Notes under the pieces: model-generated
Told to the model about the DNA's origin: nothing
What the model saw: only the letters and a program-made list of their open reading frames with translations
Database searches by the model: none
Part shown: positions 40,420-53,201 of the stretch, one piece after another
Position numbering within the stretch: the first letter of the stretch is position 1
How the letters are laid out: every line of letters begins with the position of its first letter
Made by a program: the position numbers and the translations under genes
From: Alphaproteobacteria bacterium
Lineage (GTDB): Bacteria; Pseudomonadota; Alphaproteobacteria; JAAXGF01
Assembly: GCA_963555825.3 (NCBI GenBank)
Contig: CAUVXB020000002.1
Coordinates: 2,240,001-2,304,000, forward strand
Direction of reading: 5' to 3'
DNA: 64,000 nucleotides

Positions 40420-40862
40420 GACGATCGCTGTAGTCGCGGTGCAGTTTCTGGCCGGCTGCATGACCGGCAATCATGGGTGAAGCGGATGGCCGACGCGGGG
40501 GCTCCACGGATTCGCCGGAGGCGTGCTCTGATCCACGGCCGACAGCGGCAAGCTCGGGATCGCGGCCTCGGTGGCGGGAACCATGGCGGGGTTGTTTCCC
40601 GGCAGCGGGATCGGCGCCTCGCTCGACAAGCTGTATGCGGCCCGCACGCGGCAAGCAGCGCTGGAGATCCGTCCAAGCGGGGCCTGGCACAATCCCAATA
40701 CTGGCAACGCGGGGGTGATTACGCCGACGCGCACCTAAAGATCGACCGCCGACGGCATCAACTGTCGGGAATATCAGCCCACCGTGACCATCGACAGACG
40801 CCCCGAGCAAGCCCACGGCAGCGTCTGCCGTCAGCCCGACGCCGCGTGGCGGGTATCGAACC
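40420..40862 (+). pseudogene. 17-kDa surface antigen-like lipoprotein pseudogene
   Basis: LAGC lipobox, glycine zipper, WHNPNTGNAG, CREYQ..CRQPD..W spread over broken frames. Confidence 0.6.
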
Positions 40863-41043
40863 AGCACCGCGCCTGCCCATGGCGGCCTGCCCGGCGCAGT
40901 ATCGGCGGCGATGGCTTCAACTGTCTTTGCACGGTCCAGCCGTTCCGGCCCCATCCGGTTCCGTCACGCCGCCGAGAGCGAGAGCTTGAGCCAAAGGCGG
41001 GCGAGGGCGGATGCCGAAGAGGGTGTCCCCGCCCGGCGGAACC

Positions 41044-42624
41044 TGTCAACGACTTTGAGACAGTGACGATTACGATTTACTGAGCAGTTTCTCCTGTTGT
41101 GGGTGTCACAGGTGGGTTGATCCAGACGGCTTGGGGAAGGGGATCCGGTTGTGGGATCCCTCGAACGAAGCGTTCGGGATGACGGGTCCAGGCGGCTTGA
41201 AGGGTCCGCCCGCGCTGCTCCAGCACGCTCTGGGTTCGATTGTGATGCACGTCGTCCGGGGTGAGCATGGCGATCCCGCCATGGCGATGTTCGGTGTTGT
41301 ACCAAGGGAAGAACGTTCGGCAGAAGGCGATCGCGGCGGTGATGTCGTGGAAGCGGCCAGGGAAGCCGGGGTGGTACTTCAGGGTCTTGAACTGCGCCTC
41401 GGAGAAGGGGTTGTCGTCGGACACCTGAGGGCGGCTCAGTGAACGGGTCACGCCGAGGTCGGCGAGCAGTTGTGCGGTGCACTTGCTCGTCATCGGCGCG
41501 CCGCGGTCGGAGTGCAGGGTGAGCACCTGGGGCTGGACGCCCTGTTTATGGCAGGTCTCTTCGATGAGACGACCGGCCAGCGCCGAGTTCTCCCGGTCTG
41601 CGACCATCCAGCCGACCGCGTAGCGGCTGAAGATGTCGAGCACGACGTAGAGGTAGAAGTACGTCCACTTGGTCGGCCCCAACAGCTTGGTGATGTCCCA
41701 GGACCAGGTCTGGTTCGGCGCCGTGGCCACCAGCTCGGGCTTGGTGTACTGGGGATGCTCGCGCTGATTGCGCCGCTCTCGGACCGGCTGATCGGCGGCC
41801 AGGATCCGATACATCGTCCGCTCCGAGCACAGGTAATGGCCTTCGTCGAGCAGCGTCGCCACGACCTCCGCCGGCGCACGGTCGACGAAGCGCGGGCCGG
41901 CGAGCACATCGAGGATCTGCTCGCGCTCGGCTTCACACAGCGCCCGGGCGGGCGTTGGACGGGGCTGCTGGTGCCCGGGAGTTGACCTCTGACGACGGTA
42001 GAAGGTCGCCCGTGACACGCCCAGTGCTTGGCAGGCCGGCGCCACGCCGACCTGCGCCGCAAGCGGTTGGACCGCCATCAAGAGCGCGTTCCGTGTTCGA
42101 GGTTCAATCCCAGCAGCCCGGCAACTTTTCCCTGCACGTCCAGGATCGTGTGCGCGGTGTGCAACTCGTGCTCCAGGCGAGCCACTTGCGCCTCGAGCGC
42201 GCGCACCTTCGCATCCAGCGGGTTGCGTTCGGCCGGTTTCGCGCCGCGCTTCTTCGCGGCCAACTCCCGCAGCGAGCCCTTGCGCCGCGCCTTGCGCCAA
42301 GCCGTCAGATGCGAGCTGTACAACCCCTCGCGGCGAAGCAGGCGGCCCACCTCGCCGGGCTGTGTGCAGCGATCCGCCTCCTCCAGAATCCGCAGCCGAT
42401 ACTCTGCGGTGAACTGGCGCCGCTTCGGCTTGGCCACAACCTCCGGGTCCGGGGTCGGTCTGGCGCGGCCGGCCCTGGGGGCCTCGTCGCTACGCTCCTC
42501 GACCCCAAGGGCCGGAACGGAAACCTCATTCAATGTCATCGAGTCTCTCTCTGCGGTCATCGGTTTTCACCTCCACCGCCCTACAGAAATTCCGAAGGTT
42601 GCTGGTGTCTCAGTGATGTTGGCA
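41044..42624 (-). mobile_element. IS3-family element (orfA 42078-42560, orfB 41077 to about 42078)
   Basis: Ends TGTCAAC..TGAGACA / TGTCTCA..GTTGGCA; WSWDIT, LHSDRG, DNPFSE. Confidence 0.9.
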
Positions 42625-42664
42625 GAGAGGGCGGTTCCGCATTCACGCAATCCCGGAGACCGAA

Positions 42665-45184
42665 ATGCACGACCCCGAAAGCGATATCCGCGACATCCCA
42701 CTATCTCAACTCGAACTCTCGCCCAGCAACGTGCGCAAGACGCCGGCCGACGCTTCGGCCTTCACCGAGCTCAAGGCCTCGATCGCCGCCCACGGGCTGC
42801 TCGAGAACCTGATTACCCGTTCCATGGGACCCGGCCCGGACGGTGCCGCGCGCTACGCGGTGATCGCCGGCGGTCGGCGGTTGGCTGCGATGCAGGCGCT
42901 GGCCGCCGAGTGCGCGCTGGACGAGGATCACCCCGTGCCCTGCCGCATGATCGGCGGTATCGTGGCGGCCGAAGAAGTTTCGCTGGCCGAGAACAGTGTC
43001 CGCGCCGCCATGCACCCGGCCGATCAGGTCGAGGCGTTCCGCCGCCTTGCCGATGCGGGCAGCACGGCGGCCGCCATCGCGGCGCGCTTCGGGATCTCGG
43101 AGCGCACCGTGGAGAAGCGGCTGAGGCTCGGCAACGCTGCACCGGTGCTGCTTGAGGCCTACCGGGCGGGCGAAATCGATCTGGACACATTGATGGCCTT
43201 CGCCGTCACCACGGATCAGGCGCGCCAGAGCGTGGTCTGGGAGACGGTGAGCCAGCAGGGCTACCGGCCCGGCGTCTGGCAGATCAAGCGCCTGCTGACC
43301 GAGGACCGGGTTCCGGCCACCTCCGCAATCGTGCATTTCGTCGGCCTTGAGGCTTACGAGGCGGCGGGCGGCAGGATCGACCGCGACCTGTTCGCCGAGG
43401 AGGACGAGCGAGGGATCTGGTTCGACGATCCTAATCTCTTGAACAAACTCGCCATGGACAGCCTCCAGGCGGCGGCGAGGGAACTGGAGACGCGCTGGAA
43501 ATGGGCCGAGGCGCGGCTAGACGTGGACTGGAGCGCCACCGCCGCTTTCGGGCGGGTACGCCCGCAACCGGCCGAGCCCACGGACGAAGAGAAGGCCGAG
43601 ATCGAACGCCTCCGGACCCGTAACGACGAACTCGCCAACATGGACGACGACGGCTGGACCGAAGAATTGGTGGAGGAAGCCGAGGGCAACGAAGAGCGGC
43701 TCGACGAGATCGAGGCCATGATCGAGGCCCGCGCGGTCTACCGGCGCGAGGATATCGCCATCGCCGGGTGCATCGCCACCGTCGGCAACGACGGCGAACT
43801 CAAACTGATCCAGGGCCTGGTCAGGCCCGAGGACATGCCCGCGCGCGAATCCAACGATGCGAACATGGCCGGACAAGACGATACCGGCGACGGGGAGAGC
43901 GCCAGTTCCAGCATCGAGGCTCCCACACTTGCGGCTCCCCTCGCTTCGCTCGGCGATGCGGAAGCCGAGGCGCGCAAGGAAGCGGGCGTCGGCATCGGCC
44001 TCGCCGACGACTTGCGGGCCATCCGCACGGCCATCATCAAGAGCCAGCTCGCCTGCGACTTCGAGGCGGCCTTCGATCTCCTGCTGCTCCAGCTTGCCCG
44101 GAGCGTGTTCACCACCGGCTACCATGATGACGCACTCGATATCAGGGCGGCCGAGACCCCGGACCGTCCGGCCATGCGGGTCAACGACGATGCGTTCGGC
44201 GACATCAATGTCGGTGAGAAGCACCTTGAGATCGACCGTGCCGCGCAAAAGCTCGACTGGGCCGGCCTGCCCGAAGCCGAGGCCTTCGCTGAACTGCGGG
44301 CGCTTCCCGAACGGGACAAAAGGACCCTGTTCGCGTCCTGTGTCGCGCGCACGCTGAAGGGTCAACTGGCGTTCGAACCCAAAGCCCGGCCCGAGGTCGA
44401 AGCGACCGTGGCCCGGCTCGACATCGATTTCGCCGCCGCTGTCCGAGGCAACCGCGATCAGGTCTGGACCGCCGATCTGCTGTGGTCGCGCTTGCGCAAG
44501 GACCGCATCCTCGCCATCGCCCGCGAGACGCTGGGCGAGACCTGGGCGCAAGCCGAGGCCAAGCGGAAGAAGGCCGACATTGCCAAGGCGATGCAGGACG
44601 CCTTCGCCCACGGCGGCGATGTGCCCGCCGGGGTCACGGCCGAGGGCCGCGCCGCGGCCATCGCCTGGACGCCGCCGGGCTTCCGCGCCTTCGATACGGG
44701 CGCCGTCAACGACAGTGCCTTGGCTGATGACGAGGGGACAACCGCCCCCGAACAGCAACCGTCGAAGATCGATATGCCATCGGTCGACGCACTGGAACAC
44801 AGCAGCGTCGATCCATCGGGCGCGGATGGGGAGGACCGGCAAGACGACGCTACGGAAGCCGATGCACTACCGGGCGATGATCCTGAACCCACTCCGATGG
44901 AGGCGCCGCGTCCCATGAACGTGAGCGTTCCTGGCATCGTCGAGAGCATCGATGCTCCCGCCGTGGCCGAACGCCGCGCCGCGGCAATCGCCTCGGCCAT
45001 GAACGCGGATGCAACGCTCCCGGTTGCGGCGTCCGCGCCGGAAGTGGCCGGCCCACCCGCCGCCGACGCGAGCGGCCATGGCGTGTCCGTAGAGCGGGAA
45101 CAGGTCCTGGCCCCGCCGCGCGGCAACGGCCACGACAACGGTGCGGAGTTGCTGGAGATACCGGCATTCCTGCGCCGCGGCTGA
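42665..45184 (+). CDS. ParB/RepB/Spo0J-domain protein of ICE/plasmid type with an acidic C-terminal tail
   Basis: SPSNVRK, LKASIAAHGLLENL, AGGRRL, SLAEN..R..MHPADQ. Confidence 0.88.
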   Translation: MHDPESDIRDIPLSQLELSPSNVRKTPADASAFTELKASIAAHGLLENLITRSMGPGPDGAARYAVIAGGRRLAAMQALAAECALDEDHPVPCRMIGGIVAAEEVSLAENSVRAAMHPADQVEAFRRLADAGSTAAAIAARFGISERTVEKRLRLGNAAPVLLEAYRAGEIDLDTLMAFAVTTDQARQSVVWETVSQQGYRPGVWQIKRLLTEDRVPATSAIVHFVGLEAYEAAGGRIDRDLFAEEDERGIWFDDPNLLNKLAMDSLQAAARELETRWKWAEARLDVDWSATAAFGRVRPQPAEPTDEEKAEIERLRTRNDELANMDDDGWTEELVEEAEGNEERLDEIEAMIEARAVYRREDIAIAGCIATVGNDGELKLIQGLVRPEDMPARESNDANMAGQDDTGDGESASSSIEAPTLAAPLASLGDAEAEARKEAGVGIGLADDLRAIRTAIIKSQLACDFEAAFDLLLLQLARSVFTTGYHDDALDIRAAETPDRPAMRVNDDAFGDINVGEKHLEIDRAAQKLDWAGLPEAEAFAELRALPERDKRTLFASCVARTLKGQLAFEPKARPEVEATVARLDIDFAAAVRGNRDQVWTADLLWSRLRKDRILAIARETLGETWAQAEAKRKKADIAKAMQDAFAHGGDVPAGVTAEGRAAAIAWTPPGFRAFDTGAVNDSALADDEGTTAPEQQPSKIDMPSVDALEHSSVDPSGADGEDRQDDATEADALPGDDPEPTPMEAPRPMNVSVPGIVESIDAPAVAERRAAAIASAMNADATLPVAASAPEVAGPPAADASGHGVSVEREQVLAPPRGNGHDNGAELLEIPAFLRRG

Positions 45185-45209
45185 ACCACCGCGTTCTTCT
45201 CTCACGACA

Positions 45210-45245
45210 ACGCCCCGCCGGCTTCAGTCCGGCGGGGCGTCTTTC
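45210..45245 (+). terminator. Stem-loop after the ParB-like gene
   Basis: acgccccgccgg...ccggcggggcgt followed by cttt. Confidence 0.6.
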
Positions 45246-45275
45246 GTTCCCGTATCGACAACCAGGAGATTCCCA

Positions 45276-46620
45276 ATGTCTACCGTACAGAATGCCGTTA
45301 CGGCCGAGGCCGGCGATAGTTCCGCCACGATCCGCGCCCGCGTCGGCGACAGCGCCATTGACAAGGTAACCCGGCTGTTTTCGGCTAGCCTTGCCGATAT
45401 TTTCACCGAGACGCTGCAAAACTCACGCCGTGGCGGTGCCAACCGCGTCGCCGCAACCATCGAGCAGGACGGCGACACCACCCGCGTTACTCTCATCGAC
45501 GGTGGCGCCGGGATCGCCGATCCTGCGGTCCTGCTGACCTTCGGCGAGAGCGGCTGGAAGGCCGGCATCGCCGAGGCGGAGGATCCCGCCGGGTTCGGGC
45601 TTCTCGCTCTCTCGCGCCGGGGCTGCACGCTGCGCTGGCGCCGCCCCGGCGGGGACCCAAGCCCAGGCTACCGCTTGACGCTGGAGCCTGTTCACTTTCT
45701 CGGCCGCGATGCGGCCCATGTCGTCCTGGACGACAGCGCCCCCTGGCCCCATGGCACTGCGGTCACCTTCGAAGCGTCCGAGGCGCCTCACTCCGTCCGC
45801 GCTTTCCTTGAGTCCGCCGCCCGCCATTATCCATTGCCGGTCACCATCGGCGGAGAGACCGTCGAACGCCGCGCCTTCCTGGACGGCGCGCTCCATGTGG
45901 AACCATGGAAGGGCCTCGTGTTCGGCATCTTCAAGGACAGCCATGCGGGCTACCGCATTCCCGACGTCAACTTTCACGGCCTGACCCTGCCGGTGCGCCT
46001 GCCGCAGATCGACACGGTGGAAGGCGGCACCTGGTCGGCGCGCGCCGACATCGACTCCTGCCCCGATCTGGAGCTGGTCCTGCCCGCGAGAAAGGAAGCG
46101 GTGGAGACCCCGTTTCTGGAAGAGATGCGCGAGGCCGCGGGGCTTGCCGTCTACCGCGCCATGGCCCAGGCCGTTCCGGCCCCGCGGGTTGCCTGGACCG
46201 ACTGGCACAAGGCGAAAGAGGCCGGGATCGAGATTCCCGAGCCACCGGCCGAGCTACGCCTCTGGCATCCCACCATCGCCGACACCGACTATTGGGACGA
46301 GCGGTCCGCCTTCGCAGGCGTAGGCACCGACGCCCTGGTGATGCAGGCCGACCCCGAGCCGCCCGAGGCCCAGGCGCTTCATCGCGGCCTCGGCCTGACC
46401 GAGCTTCAGGACGGATCGGAACGAACGCTCCAGTTGTTCGCCCCCGAGCCGCGTTTCGACGGTTATCCCTGGTACGACGCGCTCGCGCGCGTCACCGGCA
46501 TCAAGACCCTTATTACCGTGGATGGCGCCGTCCGTTCGCTGGATTACTTCACCAACCGGGAAAACGGCGGCGAGCCGGAACGGCCCGAGACCATCGTGAT
46601 GCACCTGAATGTCCTGCATC
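45276..46620 (+). pseudogene. GHKL/HATPase-fold ATP-binding protein truncated by IS30
   Basis: ETLQNSRRGGA, DGGAGI, GESGW, AGFG motifs; AGGAG RBS. Confidence 0.7.
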
Positions 46621-47305
46621 CGCTGCCGCCTCAACCGGTCGATGCAACACAAGCGTTGAATCTCTCTGCCGGTGTTTCAAACCCCAAGGTTTTGCGTGGC
46701 CGTTCGTTGAGCTGACGCGCCACTTTGTTCAGATGAGCCTGCGAGTATACCGACACGTCGGTGCCTTTGGGGAAGTACTGTCTGAGCAGGCCATTAGTGT
46801 TCTCATTGGAACCCCGTTGCCACGGGCTTTGCGGATCACAGAAGTAGACATCGATGTCGGTCGCCAGGCTGAACCGGCGATGGTCCGCGAGTTCCTTGCC
46901 CCGGTCCCAGGTCAGGGACTTGTAGAGCTCGGTCGGCAGCTTCCTCGCCTGCCTGATGAGCGCGGATACCACTGTCAGGGTTTCCTTGTTGGCAACCTTT
47001 ACCAACATCACGTAACGCGTTTGACGTTCGACCAGGGTCGCGATGTAGCTGTTCTTCGATCCCGACAACAGATCACCTTCCCAGTGACCCGGCACCGCCC
47101 GATCTTCGACCGAGGCCGGGCGCTCACGGATCGACACCATGTCCGTGATTTGACCCCGGCCAACGCCTTTCCGGCGCGCCTCTTTCGAGCGTCGGATCGT
47201 GCGCTTCGACCGAAGATGCTGAAGCAGCTCCTTCTTAAGCACACCGCGGGCTTGAACAAACAAACTGCGATAGATCGTCTCGTGAGACACCTGATAAGAC
47301 CCAGC
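46621..47305 (-). mobile_element. IS30-family 3' fragment
   Basis: GHWEGDL, LTWDRGKE, SPWQRGSNENTNG; 5' part removed at the IS6. Confidence 0.88.
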
Positions 47306-48111
47306 GGCATTGTCACGTTAACAGCGTGGCTTCGGCACGGCCGGTGCTTTAGCGTCTCTGGATGTGCAAGATATCCTACCGTCGTCACCGCTTTCCACCG
47401 GTCATCATCCAGCATGCCGTCTGGCTCTATTGCCGTTTCACGCTGAGCTATCGGGACGTTGAGGACCTGCTTGCCGAGCGTGGTCTCGACATCTCGTATG
47501 AGACAGTTCGAAGATGGGTCTTGAAATTCGGTCGGGCCTATGCGCGGCGGATTCAACGTCGGCGGCCACGACCGACCGAACGCTGGCACCTGGACGAGAT
47601 GGTCGTCGTAATTCGAGGGAGGCAGTTCTATCTCTGGCGTGCCGTGGACAGTGAGGGCGAAGTCCTGGATTCCCTGGTTCAATCCCGCAGGAACGCTCGG
47701 GCGGCAATTCGGCTGATGCGGAAACTCTTGAAGAAGCAGGGCTTCGCGCCGGCGACGATTGTAACCGATAAACTCCGCTCCTACGGCACCGCGATCCGTT
47801 TGCTTGCCCTCTCGGCTCAGCATGAGCAAGGCCTGCGAAAGAACAATCGGGCAGAAAATTCACATCAGCCGGTGCGACGACGAGAGCGAAAGATGCAGCG
47901 GTTCAAATCGCCCGCGTCCGCGCAGCGGTTCCTCGCCGTCCATGCGACCGTCTACAACCTCTTCAACGTCCAACGCCATCTGGTCTCCCGCCGAACACTC
48001 CGCCAATTCCGCGGCGACGCGATGAGACAGTGGGGGCAAGTGACGACCGTTGCATAATCTCCGGCGTCGGCGCCCACAAGCTGGTTACACGGTGGTTAAC
48101 GTGACAACGCC
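47306..48111 (+). mobile_element. IS6-family element (transposase 47362-48057)
   Basis: Ends GGCATTGTCACGTTAAC / GTTAACGTGACAACGCC; WHLDE, VTDK, NNRAENSH. Confidence 0.92.
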
Positions 48112-48379
48112 CTCGGCGCTCTATGACGAGATGCTGGCGGGCTGGCGCAGTCTGGCGCTGCAGGTGACGACCCAGGCCCAGGTGCGGACCGAGGTCGTGT
48201 GGTTCAACTTCGCGCCCGACCGGGTGCATTGGGCGAGCTACGCAGGCCGGAACTTCACCGACCGCCAGCGCATCAAGCGTAAGGCGGCCAACTGGGGCCG
48301 GCGTTACAAGGCCTTGCCGGCGGGCGAACGCCTCGCGGTGCTGGCCGCCATGATGGCCGTCGATGCCGAGGACCCGTGA
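48112..48379 (+). pseudogene. C-terminal fragment of a Dam/D12-type DNA adenine methyltransferase-like protein
   Basis: SALYDEMLAGW...RTEVVWFNF...; stop overlaps the IS66 transposase start (GTGA). Confidence 0.55.
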
Positions 48380-49893
48380 CGCTGTCGCGCTGGCACGAGG
48401 ACCTCGCCGCCCATGACGAGGCCTTCGCGTGCCTGCAAGATCTTCTTGACCCCTCATCCTTCGCAACCACAGTCGTCAAGGCCTTCCGGGAATGGGGCCA
48501 GGGGCTGTTGCGCCTGGCCACGGCGCTCGTCCGGGAGAATGCCGCGCTCGAGCGGGAGAACGCGACCCTGCGGGACCGCATCGCCGAGCTCGAGCGGAGC
48601 GCGGCGCTTGACAGCACCACCAGCAGCAAGCCGCCCGCCAGCGACGGCCTGCGCAAGAAGAGCGGAACCCAGAGGCGCACCCGAAGCCAGCGCGGCAAGT
48701 CCGGCAGGCCAAGCGGCGGCCAGCCGGGCCACAAGGGAACGACGCTGGCGCGGACCGAGAGCCCGGACCATGTTGTGGATCATGACCCCTCCGCCTGTTC
48801 GGGCTGCGGCGCACCGCTGTCGGACGCCGACCGTCACCGCGCGCCCGTCTGTCGACAGGTCTTCGATGTGCCCGAGCCACGCCCCCTGGAGGTCACCGAA
48901 CACCGCGCCCATCGCTGCCTCTGCGGCGCCTGCGCCACCGTGACAGGAGCCGTCTTCCCGGACGGCGTGACCGCCCCGGTCCAGTACGGGCCACGCATCA
49001 CCGCCTGGGTGAGCTACCTGCTGTACGCCCAGTTCGTTCCCGAGAAGCGCTTGGCCGAACTCATGAGCGACCTCTTCGCAGTGTCCATCTCCACAGCCAC
49101 GATCACCGCCATGGGCCGGCGAACCGCCAGGCGCTTCGAGCCCTTCCTCGCCCATGTCGCAGACGTGATCCGCACAGCGGTCCCGGTCAAGCACCTCGAC
49201 GAAACCGGCCTGAGGATCGCCGCCCGTACCCGCTGGCTCCACGTGCTGTGCACCCCATTCCTGACCGTCCTGCGCATCGGCGCGGGACGCGGCGATGTCG
49301 AAAAGGACCTCGAAGGCATCCTCATCCATGACGATTACGCCGCCTACTTCACCCTCAAGGGCGTGCGCCACGGCGCCTGCAACGCCCATCACCTGCGCGA
49401 ACTCCAGGCCCTGATCGACATCGAGAAGGAAGACTGGGCAAAGAGCATGCACCGCCTCCTTGAGCGCGCACACAGGGCTACCCGCTTCTCCCGTGAGAAC
49501 GGCCGCGACGTGCCCGCCTCCCTGGTGGCCCGGATCTCGCGGGCCTGGGCCCGCATCCTCGACCACGCCATCGCCTTCCACGAGGCGCAGCCGCCGCTCC
49601 GGACCGGCAAGCGCGGACGAAAGAAACGCCGCATCGGTCATAACCTCGCGCTCCGCCTCCGCAAGCACAAGGAGGGATGCCTGCGATTCCTCACCGACCC
49701 GCGCACGCCGTTTACGAACAATGAGGCCGAACGTGACCTCCGAATGGCCAAGCTGCGCCAGAAGATCTCCGGTGGCTTCCGCTCCGAGAGGGGTGCCTAC
49801 AACTTCGCCAGAATGCGTGCCGTCATCGCCACCGCCCGAAAGCAAGGCTGGAACGTCCTCCAGACCCTGGTGCATCCCGATCCGATGCAACTA
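48376..49893 (+). CDS. IS66-family transposase (single-ORF type); extreme C-terminus cut by IS630
   Basis: SSKPPASD, GGQPGH, HLDETG, CNAHHLRE, TNNEAERDLR. Confidence 0.88.
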
Positions 49894-51055
49894 ATACCAA
49901 CGGCGCAAAATTCTGACTCGCAAGGGATTCCCTTTTTGGGCTGGATGTGATTCAAGGCTGGCGAAGGAGATTCGCCATGTCAGTATGCATTGCTCTTCGG
50001 GACGACTACGACAGCATTGAGCTCCGGTGTTTGGCCAAGCACAGTCGCGATCCCCGCCAAGTTCGCCGGCTTTTGGCCTTGGCGGCGGTTTACGACGGCA
50101 TGAGCCGAGCGGAAGCCGCTAAGGTCGGCGGCATGGATCGCCAGACGCTGAGAGACTGGGCGCACCGCTTCAACGATGAAGGGGCAGACGGCTTGAAGAA
50201 CCGTCCCGGTGCGGGCCGCCCCCGGCTCTTGACCGACGAGCAGATGGGCGAACTGTCGGTGATCGTCGAAACGGGCCCCGATCCAGAGATTGACGGTGTG
50301 GTTCGCTGGCGGCGGGTTGACCTGAAACGGGTGATCGAAGAACGCTTTGGCGTGATCTATAGCGAGCGGGCGATCTCCGACCTTCTCGTCGCGCTGTCCT
50401 TCTCCCACATCAGCGCCCGGCCGCAGCACCCCAAGCAGGACCAGCGGGTGATCGAGGCGTTCAAAAAAACTTCCCCCGCACGCTCGCTGCCCACCTAGCC
50501 GGTCTGCCCAAGACCAAGCGGGTCGAGATCTGGTTCCAAGACGAGGCCAGGCTGGGACAGAAGAACGGGCGTGTGCGCATTTGGGCGAAGAAGGGAACAA
50601 GGCCACGCCTGCCCGCCGATCAGCGCTACACGAACGCCTACCTCTTTGGCGCAATCTGTCCCATGGGAGCCAAGGGTGCCGCTCTCATGCTCCCCTTCGC
50701 CAACACAGCCGCCATGCAGATGCATCTCGACGAGATCAGCTGCAACGTCGCCGCCAAGGCCCATGGCGTCGTCCTGATGGACCGCGCCGGGTGGCACAGC
50801 ACCGACCAGCTCAAGGTCCCCAAGAACCTCACCATCATCCTGCTGCCATCGCGCTCGCCCGAGCTGAACCCGGTCGAGAACATCTGGCAATACCTCCGCC
50901 AGAATTGGCTCTCTAACCGCGTCTTCGAAGATTACGACGCCATCATCGAGGCCGGTTGCCAAGCCTGGAACAAACTAATCGACCAGCCCGAGACGATCAT
51001 GTCCATCGGAATGAGAGATTGGGCGATTTCAGGTCAATAATTAGTGCCGTTGGTA
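49894..51055 (+). mobile_element. IS630-family element, type C
   Basis: TA flanks; ends ATACCAACGGC / GCCGTTGGTA; frameshifted transposase from about 49977 to 51040 at the A7 run near 50463. Confidence 0.92.
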
Positions 51056-51057
51056 TA

Positions 51058-51972
51058 ATCCCCCAACTGCGCCTCTGAGAACACCGGCACCGCTACCAGC
51101 CCGGACCGCCACGATCCCTCACATACAAACGCTCGGGCCAATCAGACCTGGGTAGTTACGTTCGATCAAGAGTATGTCGCCAGCATCGAGATCCAAGGAT
51201 GCCGTGAGGATCGCGTTTGCAGAGTGTGCATTGCCGCTGCTGGTGTCGAAGGTGGAACAGCCCTTTAGGCGGGCCGCCGGGGCGATTCCCGTTACGCCGA
51301 TGCCATTCTGTTCCGCACAGATTTCACCGATCACGGCGGTGCCGTGGTTGCGCCAATCAGCACGAGTTTGGCCGTCCAGGAGCCGTCGGTCGTGTTGATC
51401 AGGACCTCGTGGTCAAAGCGCCAATCTCCCTCCACGTCGACGACCTTCACGCCGTCACCGCGCCCGCCGGCGATCGTCCACCCATGTCGGGCATCAACCC
51501 CTGCAGGCGCCGGGTCGAGGTAGCCCTGAAGATGCTGCAGATCGGGCGAAGCCGGATTGGGAACGTGAGCCATGGGCTTCAAGCCGCGCTGCAGTTCGCC
51601 GATATCGACCTCGTCATATGCTGGCGCCACGGGCAGCTCCGCTGCTGGCTTCACATATGCTCCGGCGACCTCAGGGAGCTCGATCATCCTGCGCGCCAGT
51701 TCCTCCATGCGCGTCTCCTGCGCATCAATGAAATAGAACGAACGCAACGGCGAATCGGGTTTTACACCAAGTCCCGCGGTCGCCGAAGCGGGTGTTGCCA
51801 GAGCACTTTCGGCCAGATGTGCTTGGACCAGGGGCACCATGCTCAACGACTCTGAGGTAAGGAAAGTATGCAACTGACCTGTCTCGGACGGCATCGGCGA
51901 TCCGGTCTCGGCTGCTTCAGCTACTTCGTGGAGACGAACCACAAACTCTTTCGCGTTCGCACGACTATCCAT
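51058..51972 (-). pseudogene. S8 (subtilase) peptidase pseudogene
   Basis: QGYLDPAPAGVDA..W, VVDVE, then frameshifted NHGTAVIGE and GVTGIAP; truncated. Confidence 0.7.
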
Positions 51973-52023
51973 CTTAGCCCCCCCTTATTACTATGGTTGA
52001 AAATGCTATTGATATAACGACTG

Positions 52024-53199
52024 ATACCAGTGAGCGCCTGAATTGACTCTCGGGATATTCATTGATGGCGGATGATGGCGGATTGTGATTCTATGGTCTC
52101 CCACCAGATGTGGGGGATGTCATGGGATCAGCACTCAAGATACGGGATGATTTGACGCCTTTGGAGCTTCGGCGCTGGGCTCGCGTGGAATCGTACGGTC
52201 GAGCGGCGGCGCGGGCCTATGGGATCGCGAATGCTTTGGAGGAGATGCCCCGGGCTGATGCCGCGCGGCTTGCGGGGATGGATCGCCAAACGCTTCGCGA
52301 CGCGGTTGTTCGTTACAATGCAAAGGGATTGGAGGGGCTTCACGACCGTCCAAAGGGCTACTCGCCGCGGCGGCTGACGGCAGACGAGGAAGCGGCGCTG
52401 GCGGCGGTCATCATCGCCGGGCCGGAGCCTGAGCGCGACGGGGTTTGCGCCTGGACCCGGGCCGATCTGTGCCGCTGGCTGGAGGAGCGCTTCGCCAAGA
52501 CCTACCACCCCTCGAGCATGACCCGGGTTCTACGGCGGATGGGATTTTCCCGCCAGAAGGCGCGCCCGAGCCACCCGCGAAGGGACGCCGAAGCGCAGGA
52601 GCGCTTCAAAAAAGGGGGCTTCGCGACATCCTGAAGGCGACCGCCGCGGCGCATCCCGACAAGCGCCTACAGCTGTGGTTTCAGGATGAAGCGCGCGTCG
52701 GCAACAAGGGCCGGGTGTGTCACCGGTGGTGGCGCAGGGGCGAGCGTGCCCCCGGGACGCGTCAAATCGGCTACCAGTGGGCCTACATCTTCTCCGCCGT
52801 GCGCCCGGACACCGGCGACGACGTCACCCTGGTGATGCCGAGCGTCAACGCCAAGGTCATGGACCTGTTTCTCGCACACTTCGCCGATACCCTGGACCAG
52901 GATGCGCACGCCGTCATGATGTGCGACGGCGCCGGTTGGCACGACGAGCGCGCCCTCACCGTCCCCGACAACGTCACCTTGGCGCTGTTGCCGCCTTACA
53001 GTCCCGAACTCAACCCCGTCGAGCGGGTTTGGCTCTACCTACGCGAACGCTTCCTATCGCTCCGCGTCCTCGACGACACCGAGGCCATCATCGACGCCTG
53101 TTGCCAAGCATGGATCGACCTCATCGCAGAACCGGATCGTATGCGAACCCTCTGCGCCTATCCATGGATCATGAAGGTGATTTCATAGGCTCACTGGTA
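52024..53199 (+). mobile_element. IS630-family element, type B, copy 2
   Basis: Same 1176-bp length and identical ORF translations as 35910-37085. Confidence 0.93.
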
Positions 53200-53201
53200 T
53201 A

